Shown one piece after another: positions 1 to 9,135 of a DNA stretch of 51,936 bases. The DNA is from a bacterium (lineage in GTDB: Bacteria > Patescibacteriota > Microgenomatia > UBA1400 > UBA12108), in NCBI GenBank assembly GCA_043827085.1, contig JBDRPO010000010.1, positions 1 to 51,936 of the forward strand, written 5' to 3'. Position numbers and translations under genes: made by a program. The first letter of the stretch is position 1; the number at the start of each line of letters is the position of its first letter. The notes under the pieces are model-generated. The model saw nothing but the letters and a program-made list of their open reading frames with translations, did no database searches and was not told where the DNA came from.

Positions 1-140
1 GGCAGTGAATTTGCCATCATGTGGACTCAAGTACCACGAATAGATGCCTACTAACTTAAATTACTTAGACCCAAGAATAAACCCGCTTGCGAGAGTCGGG
101 TACAATAAGCTAAGCAGAAATGCTTTCATAGATGTAAAAT

Positions 141-1370
141 ATGAGAATGTTTGAGCCACAGATGGTAAAAAAAGATTTTCCGATACTTAAGAGAGTGGTA
201 AACGACAAATTACTCGTATATTTGGACAGTGGGGCGACATCGCAGAAACCAAAGCAAGTCCTGGACGCAGAGCGGATTTATTACGAGCAGCATAATGCCA
301 ATGTCCACCGGGGAGCGCATACCTTGGGAGATGAAGCTACACACTTGCTCGATGTGTCACGCGAAAAAGTAGCGAGATTTATTGGAGCCAGAAAGGAAGA
401 GATTATTTTTGTGCGCAACACTACCGAGGCGATCAATCTGGTCTCGTATGCTTGGGGATTGGACAATTTGCACAAAGGAGATGTGGTGGTGACGACAATG
501 ATGGAGCACCACTCGGATATGGTGCCTTGGCAAGAGGTGGCGAGACGGATGGGGGCAAGGGTAGAGGTGGTGGGGATCACGGAGGAGGGACTAGTAGATA
601 TGGACGACTATCGGCAAAAATTGAAGTTGAGGCCTAAAATGGTGGCTTTTGTACACGTGTCAAATGCGTTGGGGACCATCAATTCAATCGCAGAAATGAC
701 GAAGCTAGCACATAAAGCGGGAGCAGTGGTGTTGATTGACGGGGCACAGGCAGTACCACACATGAAAGTGGACATGAAAGAAATTGGGTGCGATTTTTAT
801 GCTTTTTCGGGGCATAAGATGCTTGGTCCCATGGGAATAGGGTGTTTATGGGGGAGAAAAGAAATACTGGAGAAAATGTCACCATTTCTCACTGGTGGGG
901 GGATGATCAATGAGGTAGCGGTAGATCAATCTACGTGGACCTCGGTACCCGAGAAGTTTGAGGCTGGAACACCGAATGTGGCCGGGGCGGTGGGACTCTC
1001 TGGCGCGGTAGCTTACCTAGAAAAGCTGGGGATGGACAGCGTGAGAGCGCATGATAAAGAGATGGTTGATTATGGTCTCAAGGTTTTAAGTGAGGTTGCG
1101 GGTGTAAGGATCCTAGGACCAAGGGATGCCAAGCAAAGGAGTGGATCGGTGAGCTTTGAATACATGGGAGTACATGCGCACGACGTAGCGACGATATTAG
1201 ACTCGGAGGGAGTGGCGGTGAGGTCGGGTCACCACTGCACGATGCCGCTTCATAAATCGATGGGACTTGCAGCTTCGGTTCGAGCTTCATTCAATGTTTA
1301 TACGACTAAAGAGGATATTGATGCCCTAGTTACCGCTTTGGGGAAAGTCAGATCGGTATTTGGAAAATAA
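141..1370 (+). CDS. sufS: Cysteine desulfurase SufS (true start may be ATG 147)
   Basis: YLDSGATSQKP, HRGAH, PLP lysine motif FSGHKM, catalytic RSGHHC; TAAAAT at 135-140 lies 6 nt before ATG 147. Confidence 0.95.
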   Translation: MRMFEPQMVKKDFPILKRVVNDKLLVYLDSGATSQKPKQVLDAERIYYEQHNANVHRGAHTLGDEATHLLDVSREKVARFIGARKEEIIFVRNTTEAINLVSYAWGLDNLHKGDVVVTTMMEHHSDMVPWQEVARRMGARVEVVGITEEGLVDMDDYRQKLKLRPKMVAFVHVSNALGTINSIAEMTKLAHKAGAVVLIDGAQAVPHMKVDMKEIGCDFYAFSGHKMLGPMGIGCLWGRKEILEKMSPFLTGGGMINEVAVDQSTWTSVPEKFEAGTPNVAGAVGLSGAVAYLEKLGMDSVRAHDKEMVDYGLKVLSEVAGVRILGPRDAKQRSGSVSFEYMGVHAHDVATILDSEGVAVRSGHHCTMPLHKSMGLAASVRASFNVYTTKEDIDALVTALGKVRSVFGK

Positions 1371-1373
1371 TTT

Positions 1374-1739
1374 ATGGATATGTATAGGGAGGATGTACTA
1401 GATCACTACGAACACCCGAGGAATCAGGGGGAAATAATGGGGGAGGGGGTAGAAACGGCAAGGGATAGTAATGCGAGTTGTGGGGATATGGTGCAGTTCT
1501 ACGTAAAATATGCAAAGGGGAAAATAGTGGAGGTAAAGTGGAAAGGGATAGGGTGCGCGATTACGACGGCTGCGGCGAGTAAGCTAAGTGAGTACCTAAT
1601 GGGCAAGACTTTAAAGGATGTGGGGCGGATGAGTGAGGAGGAACTTGCACAAAAGGGAATCGGGTTTGAAGTGAATCCAGGGAGAATGAAATGTTTAATG
1701 TTGCCGGTTAAAGTGGCTAAGAAGCTTTTGGAAAGTTGA
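1374..1739 (+). CDS. sufU: SufU/IscU-like Fe-S scaffold or sulfur-transfer protein
   Basis: LDHYEHPRN, NASCGD, GCAI, GRMKC; directly downstream of sufS. Confidence 0.9.
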   Translation: MDMYREDVLDHYEHPRNQGEIMGEGVETARDSNASCGDMVQFYVKYAKGKIVEVKWKGIGCAITTAAASKLSEYLMGKTLKDVGRMSEEELAQKGIGFEVNPGRMKCLMLPVKVAKKLLES

Positions 1740-1746
1740 GGTTGGG

Positions 1747-1766
1747 CCTGCCTGCCGGCAGGCAGG
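1747..1766. repeat. Perfect 20-bp palindrome CCTGCCTGCCGGCAGGCAGG
   Basis: Self-complementary; lies between convergent sufU and tsaD. Confidence 0.8.
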
Positions 1767-1783
1767 GAGGCGGTTAGTGGTGA

Positions 1784-2827
1784 TTATTGATTGATACTAG
1801 TGAAATTTAGATTAGGTAACCTGTCTAATTGATTGGGAGGAGTGAATTCATTATTGAGATATTTGTAGTAGGCGGTGGTCCCGATCATGGCGGCGTTGTC
1901 AGTGATGAGTTTATTGCTTTTGGGAAAGTAAACTGGGAGGTCATATTCTTTGGCGACGGAGCGGGTGAGGGTGCGGAGCGCGACGTTGCTCACAACTCCA
2001 CCTCCAAGGAGAATCATCTTGGGCGAGTAGAGGTCGATCGCGCGGCGGAAGCGGGTCATGAGGTGTTTGAAGACGGTTTGTTGAAAGGAAGCGGCGAAGT
2101 TCGCTATGAACTCACGAGTTAGCTCGGGTTTTTCGCGCTCTAAGTACTGGCGAGCGGCTGTTTTTATCCCGGAGAAACTAAAGTCCAAGTCTTTCCTAGT
2201 TGTCATTGGTTCGGGAAGGTGATAAATGGGCCTGCCAGCTTTCGCCATCTCTGCCAGGATGGGGCCGCCGGGATAGCCGAGCATGAGAAGGCGGGCCACT
2301 TTGTCGTAGGCTTCGCCCGCGGCATCGTCGAGAGTAACGCCCAGAAGCTCGTAGTCACCAATGCCATGCACGAGGACTAGTTCGGTGTGACCGCCGGAAA
2401 TCAGGAATCCGAGTGCTGGGTACTCAGGGTTTGCTATTCCCCCCGTACCAGTTTTGATTTTGGCGAAACTTGATAGAAGATGACCCTCCATGTGATTTAC
2501 GGCGATGACTGGAATCTGGAATCTAGCTTCTAGAATCTTGATATAGGCGATGCCTTGTTCAAGAGAGGGGGCAAGACCGGGACCGATTGTGACGGCAAGA
2601 GCATCAAGCTTGGGGTTCCCCGCCTGGCGGAGAGCGCGAGCTACGACTTTGGGGAGCCACTCGTGGTGTAAGCGTTTGGCGATATCGGGGACGGTGCCGC
2701 CCCAACTGGCGTGGTAGCTGGTTTGACTGGACACAACGTTTGAGACAACTTTGAGGCCACGGGTGACGGCGGCACAGGTGTCGTCGAGACTGGTTTCGAT
2801 AGAGAGGATGGTTGGTTCTTTTGCCAT
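1784..2827 (-). CDS. tsaD: tRNA threonylcarbamoyladenosine synthesis protein TsaD
   Basis: ILSIETS, GPGL, HMEGH, SGGHT, DDAAGEAYDK, FSFSG, DNAAMI. Confidence 0.95.
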   Translation of the reverse strand: MAKEPTILSIETSLDDTCAAVTRGLKVVSNVVSSQTSYHASWGGTVPDIAKRLHHEWLPKVVARALRQAGNPKLDALAVTIGPGLAPSLEQGIAYIKILEARFQIPVIAVNHMEGHLLSSFAKIKTGTGGIANPEYPALGFLISGGHTELVLVHGIGDYELLGVTLDDAAGEAYDKVARLLMLGYPGGPILAEMAKAGRPIYHLPEPMTTRKDLDFSFSGIKTAARQYLEREKPELTREFIANFAASFQQTVFKHLMTRFRRAIDLYSPKMILLGGGVVSNVALRTLTRSVAKEYDLPVYFPKSNKLITDNAAMIGTTAYYKYLNNEFTPPNQLDRLPNLNFTSINQ

Positions 2828-2846
2828 GCCCTGGTATTATACAGGC

Positions 2847-3215
2847 ATGAGTGATTGTATTTTTTGTAAGATTGTGGCGGGGGAGATGCCTAGTTACAAG
2901 ATCTATGAGGACGAGAAGTATTTGGCTTTCTTGGATATTATGCCGTGGACAGAGGGACATACATTGGTGATACCCAAGAAACACGTAGAGTGGGTGTGGA
3001 ACGCTGAAAATCTTGGGGAGTATTTTGAAGTAGTGGGGAAAATTGCGAGGCATCACAGAGAGATAACGAGAGATGTAGTGAGATCAAATATTGATGGGTG
3101 GCAAGTGCCACATGCACATATTCATCTAAAGCCAACCAAGAATAATACCTTTACTGGTGAGAAGAAATCACACGAAGAAATGATAATGATACAGGCGAAA
3201 TTTTCAATGATCTAA
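2847..3215 (+). CDS. HIT-family nucleotide hydrolase
   Basis: DCIFCKI, GHTLVIPKKH, HAHIHL triad; start set at ATG 2847. Confidence 0.9.
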   Translation: MSDCIFCKIVAGEMPSYKIYEDEKYLAFLDIMPWTEGHTLVIPKKHVEWVWNAENLGEYFEVVGKIARHHREITRDVVRSNIDGWQVPHAHIHLKPTKNNTFTGEKKSHEEMIMIQAKFSMI

Positions 3216-4297
3216 CTCCACTCAGGCGTTGAAAAGGCGTAGGTGATTTGGCGGGTATTAACGTCTATTTCTTTGATAATGACTAAAATTATTGGTATAT
3301 CTTTTTCATATGATTTTAGGAGTTCTTGAGCCTTCCCAGCCCACTCAATGGCAAAAACATTGCCGGGTTGCAGGAGTGTGGAGAGATGAAGGGTAGATTC
3401 TAACTCAGTGGGATCTGAGAGTCGCCAAGTGTCGAGGTGATAGAAAGTACCGGAGCATTTTTTAGTTTGGAAGGGATATTCGTGGAGGAGGGTATAGGTG
3501 GGGGAGGCAACCGTTTCTGTGATACCTAGAGCGGCGGCGATTCCTTTACTAAACTGAGTTTTGCCGACGCCGAGGTCACCCTGGAGGGCGAAGATGAGAG
3601 GAAATTTGGTTAGTAGATTAAGATGTTTGAGAGTGAGATCAGAAGCAATTTGCTGCGTCGTGGCTGGAGAGGTGGAAGTTAGCGAGGGGGAGAGCTCGGG
3701 AAGGGTGATCTCTCCTTGGCGAAGAACTTGGGGGTCGTTTAGGGTGGTGTCTACTACGGTCGAGGTGGGACGATCCGCTAACTTACCAGCGTCGAGGAAG
3801 AGCGCGACCATGGATTGTTTATGGCGAGTCGTGTATTCTTGCCAATCGGCGAGGCAGTAGGGTTCTTTTTTGCCGCTCGTGTTGGCGCTCGTTGCAGTCA
3901 CAGGGCGGCCAAATTGCCTGATTAGATCGAGGGTCAATGGATACGCCGGGAGGCGGATACCGAGGGTGCCAGTTGCAGATTCTAGTCGCTCGTCCACTTG
4001 GTTGAGCGACTCTGAGATTACGGTGATGGGACCGGGGAGGAAGTGGGTGTAGAGATTGTCTGCGATCTCATTGATTTTGATATATTGATTGGCCATTTCC
4101 CGATTCGAGACGGCGATAGCTACTTGGCGATAGCGATCGCCTTTGTAGGAAAGGAGCTTGGTTATGGCATCTTGATTGGTTGTATCAGCAGCGATCCCGT
4201 AGCAGGTTTCGGTAGGGTAGATTACGAGTTCGCCACGAGACAAAGCAGCAAGAGCAAGGGGGATAGCTTGTGGATCGGCGATAGAGATAATTTTCAT
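3212..4297 (-). CDS. TsaC/Sua5-TsaE fusion protein
   Basis: N-part YPTETCYG, PGPIT, TSANTSG (YrdC/TsaC); C-part GDLGVGKT, SPTY, HLDTWR, IEW (TsaE); single uninterrupted frame. Confidence 0.88.
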   Translation of the reverse strand: MKIISIADPQAIPLALAALSRGELVIYPTETCYGIAADTTNQDAITKLLSYKGDRYRQVAIAVSNREMANQYIKINEIADNLYTHFLPGPITVISESLNQVDERLESATGTLGIRLPAYPLTLDLIRQFGRPVTATSANTSGKKEPYCLADWQEYTTRHKQSMVALFLDAGKLADRPTSTVVDTTLNDPQVLRQGEITLPELSPSLTSTSPATTQQIASDLTLKHLNLLTKFPLIFALQGDLGVGKTQFSKGIAAALGITETVASPTYTLLHEYPFQTKKCSGTFYHLDTWRLSDPTELESTLHLSTLLQPGNVFAIEWAGKAQELLKSYEKDIPIILVIIKEIDVNTRQITYAFSTPEWS

Positions 4298-4318
4298 ATC
4301 TGGTATTATAATCCAAGT

Positions 4319-5041
4319 ATGGAAGTAGTAAAACCGCAAAAATACCTAGTGAGGTTGAGTGATAAGTATTATCTAACGGATAATCAGCGATTTTTGTATC
4401 TCAAATTTGAACTAGTTCAGCCGAATGAAATGATGTTTCAGGCCGGGCAATACACATCAATAAAAATAAATGAACAGGGTGAGCGAAGGAGCTACTCGAT
4501 TGCGAGTATGCCTGACGAAACTCATGGTTTTCATTTGCTTGCGGAAGTGGTAGATGGGGGGAGGGGGAGCGATTTTTTGAAAAGAATCGAGGTGGGAGCG
4601 GAGATGGAGATACTTGCTCCGATGGGGAGATTTGTAGTCACTGGGAGAGAGGAAAAGCTATTGTTTGTGGGGACTGGGACAGGTATTGTTCCATTGTGGA
4701 GCATGATCAATGACTTATTAATCAATAAACATGAAACAAAGCAGATACGGTTGCATTGGGGGATGAGGAGCGAGGAAGATTTGTTTTTTGTGGATAACTT
4801 AGAGAGACTTGTGGAAGAACACTCAAATTTTGTGTTTGATATCGTGCTATCAAAACCAACTGACGAGTGGGAGCTGTGTAGTGGGCACGTGCAAGATTGT
4901 TTGACAAGAGATTTTCCTGAGGGTATGGGAGGATGGGAAGCGTACGTGTGTGGAAGGAAAGAGGTGACGATGGAGATCGTGGATAAGCTTGAAGCCATGG
5001 GAATCGCCAAGGAGAATATCCACAACGAGAAATTTACATGA
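4319..5041 (+). CDS. Ferredoxin-NADP reductase-like FAD/NAD(P) oxidoreductase
   Basis: FQAGQY, RSYSIAS, GTGTGIVP, YVCG, C-terminal EKF. Confidence 0.88.
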   Translation: MEVVKPQKYLVRLSDKYYLTDNQRFLYLKFELVQPNEMMFQAGQYTSIKINEQGERRSYSIASMPDETHGFHLLAEVVDGGRGSDFLKRIEVGAEMEILAPMGRFVVTGREEKLLFVGTGTGIVPLWSMINDLLINKHETKQIRLHWGMRSEEDLFFVDNLERLVEEHSNFVFDIVLSKPTDEWELCSGHVQDCLTRDFPEGMGGWEAYVCGRKEVTMEIVDKLEAMGIAKENIHNEKFT

Positions 5042-5200
5042 ACTACCAGACGATAAAGTGTAAGCAATGCGAGAATAATTTTGTGTGGAGTGTGGAGGAG
5101 CAGGAACTTTACCAAAAGCGTGGACTGCTGGCTCCAGAATATTGTCCAATTTGCCGTGGTATTATAGAAGCCCGAAATAAAGATACTCAAAGGAGCAAAT

Positions 5201-5452
5201 ATGAGCGATGATGTAAAAATAGTGAGACAAGTGGGAAAGTACACTATTAAAGTAATCCAGAGCAAGTGTATTGCTGCAGCGTCGTGCGTCGCGATCTCGC
5301 CAGCAATATTTAAGCTAAATGAAGTAAACTTGGCGGAGATTGTCGAGGGTGGAGTTGACTCGGAAGATAATATTCTCCTAGCTGCACAGTCGTGTCCGAC
5401 CGGAGCGATTGAGGTTTATGAAGGGAAAACTCGGGTTTGGCCACCACTATGA
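5201..5452 (+). CDS. Ferredoxin, probably [3Fe-4S]
   Basis: CIAAASC...SCPTGAI; second Cys of CxxCxxC replaced by Ala. Confidence 0.85.
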   Translation: MSDDVKIVRQVGKYTIKVIQSKCIAAASCVAISPAIFKLNEVNLAEIVEGGVDSEDNILLAAQSCPTGAIEVYEGKTRVWPPL

Positions 5453-6063
5453 GTGTAAAAACTATAGTTATTTTTATCGTAGTGACGCTTGGGATTTTGG
5501 TGGGAGTTGGAGGGCTTCTTTGGCAGTTTGAGAGGACCAGTGAGAAGCCAATTGCCGACATTGCGGGAGAGATGAGACACAAACAAGGGGAGGGGAGTAT
5601 TGTTGTGACCGAGTTTAGTGACTTCCAATGTCCGGGATGTAGAGAAGTGAATGCTCCATTAAAAGAAATAATGAATCAATATCAAGGTAAAGTACAACTA
5701 GCATATCGCTACTTTCCTTTAACCAATATTCATAAGAATGCACAGGTTTCGGCGCAGGCTGCGGAAGCGGCGGGAATACAAGGCAAGTTTTGGGAAATGC
5801 ACGACGTATTATTTAAGCGTCAGAGTGAGTGGGAGGGGTTACCAAGTCCTATGGACAAGTTTGTTGAATATGCTAAGGAATTGGGGATAGATGAACAAAA
5901 ATTTGTGAGCGACATGGAAAGTCAAACGACAAAAGATATCATAGCCCAAGATGTTTTGGCAGCGACCAAATATCGACTAGTAGGAACACCGAGTTTTTTT
6001 GTAGATGGCGTGGCAGTAGAGTTTGGGAAGCTTGGGGTGAAACTAGCGGAGATTGCGAAGTAG
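5449..6063 (+). CDS. Membrane-anchored DsbA-family thiol oxidoreductase
   Basis: N-terminal TM helix, FSDFQCPGC, cis-Pro motif GTP. Confidence 0.9.
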   Translation: MSVKTIVIFIVVTLGILVGVGGLLWQFERTSEKPIADIAGEMRHKQGEGSIVVTEFSDFQCPGCREVNAPLKEIMNQYQGKVQLAYRYFPLTNIHKNAQVSAQAAEAAGIQGKFWEMHDVLFKRQSEWEGLPSPMDKFVEYAKELGIDEQKFVSDMESQTTKDIIAQDVLAATKYRLVGTPSFFVDGVAVEFGKLGVKLAEIAK

Positions 6064-6103
6064 TTTGAATCAGAGAGAGCTAGTTTTCCAGATTAGAGGT
6101 CTA

Positions 6104-6132
6104 TTGACACCAGATTATCACCAGAGTATAAC
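6104..6132 (+). promoter_or_regulatory. Sigma70-type promoter TTGACA-17-TATAAC overlapped by phased ACCAGA repeats
   Basis: TTGACA 6104-6109, TATAAC 6127-6132; ACCAGA at 6109, 6120, 6131. Confidence 0.65.
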
Positions 6133-6178
6133 CAGAGGCAGGTAGTTAATTACCAGAGGAAGGGGGTGAAACAATAAT

Positions 6179-6376
6179 ATGGCATTTTCATACAAGAACG
6201 CGAAAGGCGTTACCTATTACTTGCACGGCAAGAAAGTAACCCTAAAAAATGGTCGCATGCAACAGATTTATTTCTTCGCACGTGATGTTAGAGCTGAAGC
6301 ACTCGCTGCTGTCCCAGCAGGTTACGTGGTCGTAGAAACAAAACGCACCGGTATGCCGGTTCTCAAAAAAGGTTAA
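6179..6376 (+). CDS. Small basic hypothetical protein (65 aa)
   Basis: Strong SD GGGGGTGA, own promoter, K/R-rich sequence. Confidence 0.8.
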   Translation: MAFSYKNAKGVTYYLHGKKVTLKNGRMQQIYFFARDVRAEALAAVPAGYVVVETKRTGMPVLKKG

Positions 6377-6388
6377 TAACCGCAAAAG

Positions 6389-6430
6389 ACCAGCGACTGA
6401 TTTCGGTAACGAGAGAAGAGCTGGTTTTTT
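6389..6430 (+). terminator. Possible terminator
   Basis: ACCAGC...GCTGGT stem followed by a T-tract between convergent genes; loop is unusually long. Confidence 0.35.
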
Positions 6431-6437
6431 GATGGGG

Positions 6438-7256
6438 TTAGAAATCCTTGAGAAGCTGAGTGATGTTTTTGAGAAATTTGTTTTTCACACGCTTTGGTTT
6501 ATTAAAAATGGTACCGCCAACCATAGGATAAAGCCTTTTTGTTTGGTAAGTATTAAACTCTGAGCCTAGTAATTCGGCTAATTCTAGTTTGGCAACACGG
6601 TTGGCCATGTTCATGATCCCAAACTTGCGTAAGCGGCGGAAAGAGAAAGTGTATTGGGGATCTTTAATGATTTTTGATGAATAACCTAGATTGGTTATAT
6701 TTTGAATGAATGACTTCCCTTCGGCATAGTTGATGCTTGCATTGAAACCACCGATTGAGTTAAAGGCTGATTTTGAGATAATAATTAGTGATTCTAGTAA
6801 GTATCGGGGCTTGGTTGGTTTTTGAAGGTCGAAAAATAGATTTAGAGCATTGGCGATAGTTTCATTTTGGGGAGTAATAACGTCAGGCCTGATGTGGAGA
6901 GAGAGAACGTCGACAGCACTACTTTCCCAGCGATATTTAATACCCTGGAGAAAGTAGGAGGGAAGTCGATTGTCGGCGTCGGAGAAGATAAGGATATCGG
7001 CCCGTGCATGACTTGCACCGAGGTTCCTTTGAACACAGACGTGACGTTTGGGACTGTTGATGATTTTGAGTGATGGAAGCTTTGAAATGAAAGTTTTTGT
7101 TTGAAATACGGTTTGGTCGGAAGAGTGACCGTCAACCACAATGACTTCGAAGTCGCGAAAAGTTTGGTGTGAGAGATCGTCAAGAAGTAGGGGAAGATAT
7201 TTTTCTTCATTGAGGGTTGGGATGATGATGGAGAAGAAGGGTTTTATTTTAGCCAT
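6438..7256 (-). CDS. Glycosyltransferase family 2
   Basis: SIIIPTLNEE, VVDGHSSD, QRNLGA, DAD motif. Confidence 0.9.
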   Translation of the reverse strand: MAKIKPFFSIIIPTLNEEKYLPLLLDDLSHQTFRDFEVIVVDGHSSDQTVFQTKTFISKLPSLKIINSPKRHVCVQRNLGASHARADILIFSDADNRLPSYFLQGIKYRWESSAVDVLSLHIRPDVITPQNETIANALNLFFDLQKPTKPRYLLESLIIISKSAFNSIGGFNASINYAEGKSFIQNITNLGYSSKIIKDPQYTFSFRRLRKFGIMNMANRVAKLELAELLGSEFNTYQTKRLYPMVGGTIFNKPKRVKNKFLKNITQLLKDF

Positions 7257-8107
7257 AATTTGAGTTCTTGGATTTGGAGAGGAGTAAGCTCGGCGAGGTT
7301 ATCTCCTATACCACGCAAACCAGGTTGGATTGTATCCCAAAAGGCAGAAGTTTGCCTATTGTCGAGAGAAATTATCCGGACGTCTGGATCGGGAGTATTA
7401 CTAAAATGAGAAGGAATGAGGGAGAATTTCTGGGCCAGTAAACGCATACGCGAAGAATAAAGAAGGCGGCGAAGGAATTTTGGGGCAGGAGGAGGGAGGG
7501 TCGTATCCTTACTAATTCTAATGGCATCCACTAAGTTTCGGGCGGGGGCGAAAGGGCAGCCGCAGGCGATAGTATAGACATGGGGATAGTTAGTTTTAAG
7601 GTAAATAAATAGATCGACGAGAGTTTGGTGGGGAAGAGTGTCATCTTGGAGGACTTGCTCAAAATAGGGAACGTAAAGGAAGTCGAGTTTGAGTAAATCA
7701 ATTTAATATTGCTGAATAAGTAAGTCGAGGGTGGGATAGAGGGAGAGATGTTTATGTCGGGTGAAGGGGGTATACCAGAGTCCAACTTTAAATTCAAGAG
7801 AGTGAAGCTCGGTAATGAGTGGCTTAAGCCAGGGACTAAAAGTCCAGCCGTCATCGATCAAAAAGTGAGAGATAGGGAGGGCGTGCTGTTTGATGAGTTT
7901 GGCTTGAGTGAGGAGATTGTGAGGATTAATGTTCCGGCCGAGTGCGTACCAACTGCACCAATAGGTGATGGGGGGTTTGGGTTTTTGGGTACGGGGCAGG
8001 ATAGGATGAGATAGCTCTGGGAGTGGGCAGTGGTCGCGGCGGGGGAGGCGGAGGAGATTGGGGGTAGGAGGACTCCAAGATTGCCAGCCAAGCGGGGAAG
8101 TTGTCAT
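7244..8107 (-). pseudogene. GH36/GH27-clan alpha-galactosidase-like gene interrupted by in-frame TAA at 7703-7705
   Basis: WCSWY, IDDGW and GLWYTPF precede the stop; the same frame continues IDLLKLDFLY...IACGCP...DAIRISKD into the 7244-7531 ORF. Confidence 0.7.
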
Positions 8108-8129
8108 ATACTCCAGTATAATGCAGTTA

Positions 8130-8426
8130 ATGATAAAGAAGAAAGATATCCATGCAAGACTGAAAACAGTGATGGATCCGGAGCTGTATGTGGATATTGT
8201 GAGTTTGGGACTGATATATAAAGTTGAGGTGAAAGGGAACAAGGTGAAGGTGACGATGACCTTGACAACACCCGGGTGTCCGTTAGCTTCGGTGATTGAT
8301 CAGATGATGAGAGACGCGCTTGCTCCACTTGGAGCTGACGAAGTGGAGTTAAGACTAGTGTGGGAGCCGGCATGGGATAAGAATATGATGACAGAGGAGG
8401 CTAGGTTGCAATTGGGGATGGTATGA
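8130..8426 (+). CDS. DUF59/SufT Fe-S assembly factor
   Basis: DPEL, DIVSLGLIY, TLTTPGCP, WEPAW. Confidence 0.9.
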   Translation: MIKKKDIHARLKTVMDPELYVDIVSLGLIYKVEVKGNKVKVTMTLTTPGCPLASVIDQMMRDALAPLGADEVELRLVWEPAWDKNMMTEEARLQLGMV

Positions 8427-8986
8427 GAATAATTGTCGGTAGTCGTAACCCAGTAAAAATTGGAGCAGTTGAGGAGGCATTTAATAAATACTTTTCTGAC
8501 TGTGAAGTGGTAGGTGTTGAAGTTGTGAGTGGGGTTTCGACACAGCCAATGAGTGAGCGTGAAACGATGAACGGGGCAAGGCAGCGGGCGTACGGGGCGC
8601 TGGAATCAGATTTAGCAGCGGATTATGGGGTGGGACTCGAGGGTGGAGTAACTGAGCTAAATCCGACATCACCAAATTGGACGGGAGTACACGGAGGGAA
8701 GGGTAAAATGTTTGAGTGCGCGTGGGTGGCAGTACTTGAACGAGGAGGCAGTGAGGGACTTGGGGGAGGGTTGTATTTTGAACTCCCAAAGAAAGTAGCA
8801 GAGAAAATACGTGCTGGGGGAGAGCTCGGACCGGTGATGGACGAGATGAGCGGGCAAGACAATGTTAAGCAGAAACAGGGGGCAATTGGGATGTTTACAA
8901 AAGGAAAATTGGATCGGAAACAGGCGTATGTGCAGATAGTTTTGCAGGCACTCATCAAGTTTGTGAGTCCAGAGTGGTTTGATTAG
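8423..8986 (+). CDS. yjjX: Inosine/xanthosine triphosphatase
   Basis: GSRNPVK, SGVSTQP, GLEGG, ELG, GAIG. Confidence 0.88.
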   Translation: MRIIVGSRNPVKIGAVEEAFNKYFSDCEVVGVEVVSGVSTQPMSERETMNGARQRAYGALESDLAADYGVGLEGGVTELNPTSPNWTGVHGGKGKMFECAWVAVLERGGSEGLGGGLYFELPKKVAEKIRAGGELGPVMDEMSGQDNVKQKQGAIGMFTKGKLDRKQAYVQIVLQALIKFVSPEWFD

Positions 8987-8991
8987 CTAGA

Positions 8992-9107
8992 CATAAGCTT
9001 CACATCTCAAACGCAAAAGCGGTCTGTCTGTTCCTGGTGAAACAGCGACCTCGAACTCGGCCTACCCGGCCTGCGTAAATTTTGCAACTTGATCTGTGAA
9101 TCTTATG
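8992..9107. repeat. Long imperfect intergenic hairpin element
   Basis: CATAAGCTTCACATCTCAAACGCAAAA pairs imperfectly with TTTTGCAACTTGATCTGTGAATCTTATG. Confidence 0.6.
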
Positions 9108-9135
9108 CCATTTCATGTGCTACGATATAGGATAT

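Noticed and set aside
81-101. Hairpin ACCCG...CGGGT upstream of sufS as a riboswitch or intron end
   Set aside because: Too short, truncated by the window edge, and without a recognisable conserved motif.
7703-7705. Stop-codon reassignment or readthrough as the explanation for the GH36 stop
   Set aside because: The stop is TAA, and TAA, TAG and TGA all end conserved genes at expected positions in this window, so the standard code applies.
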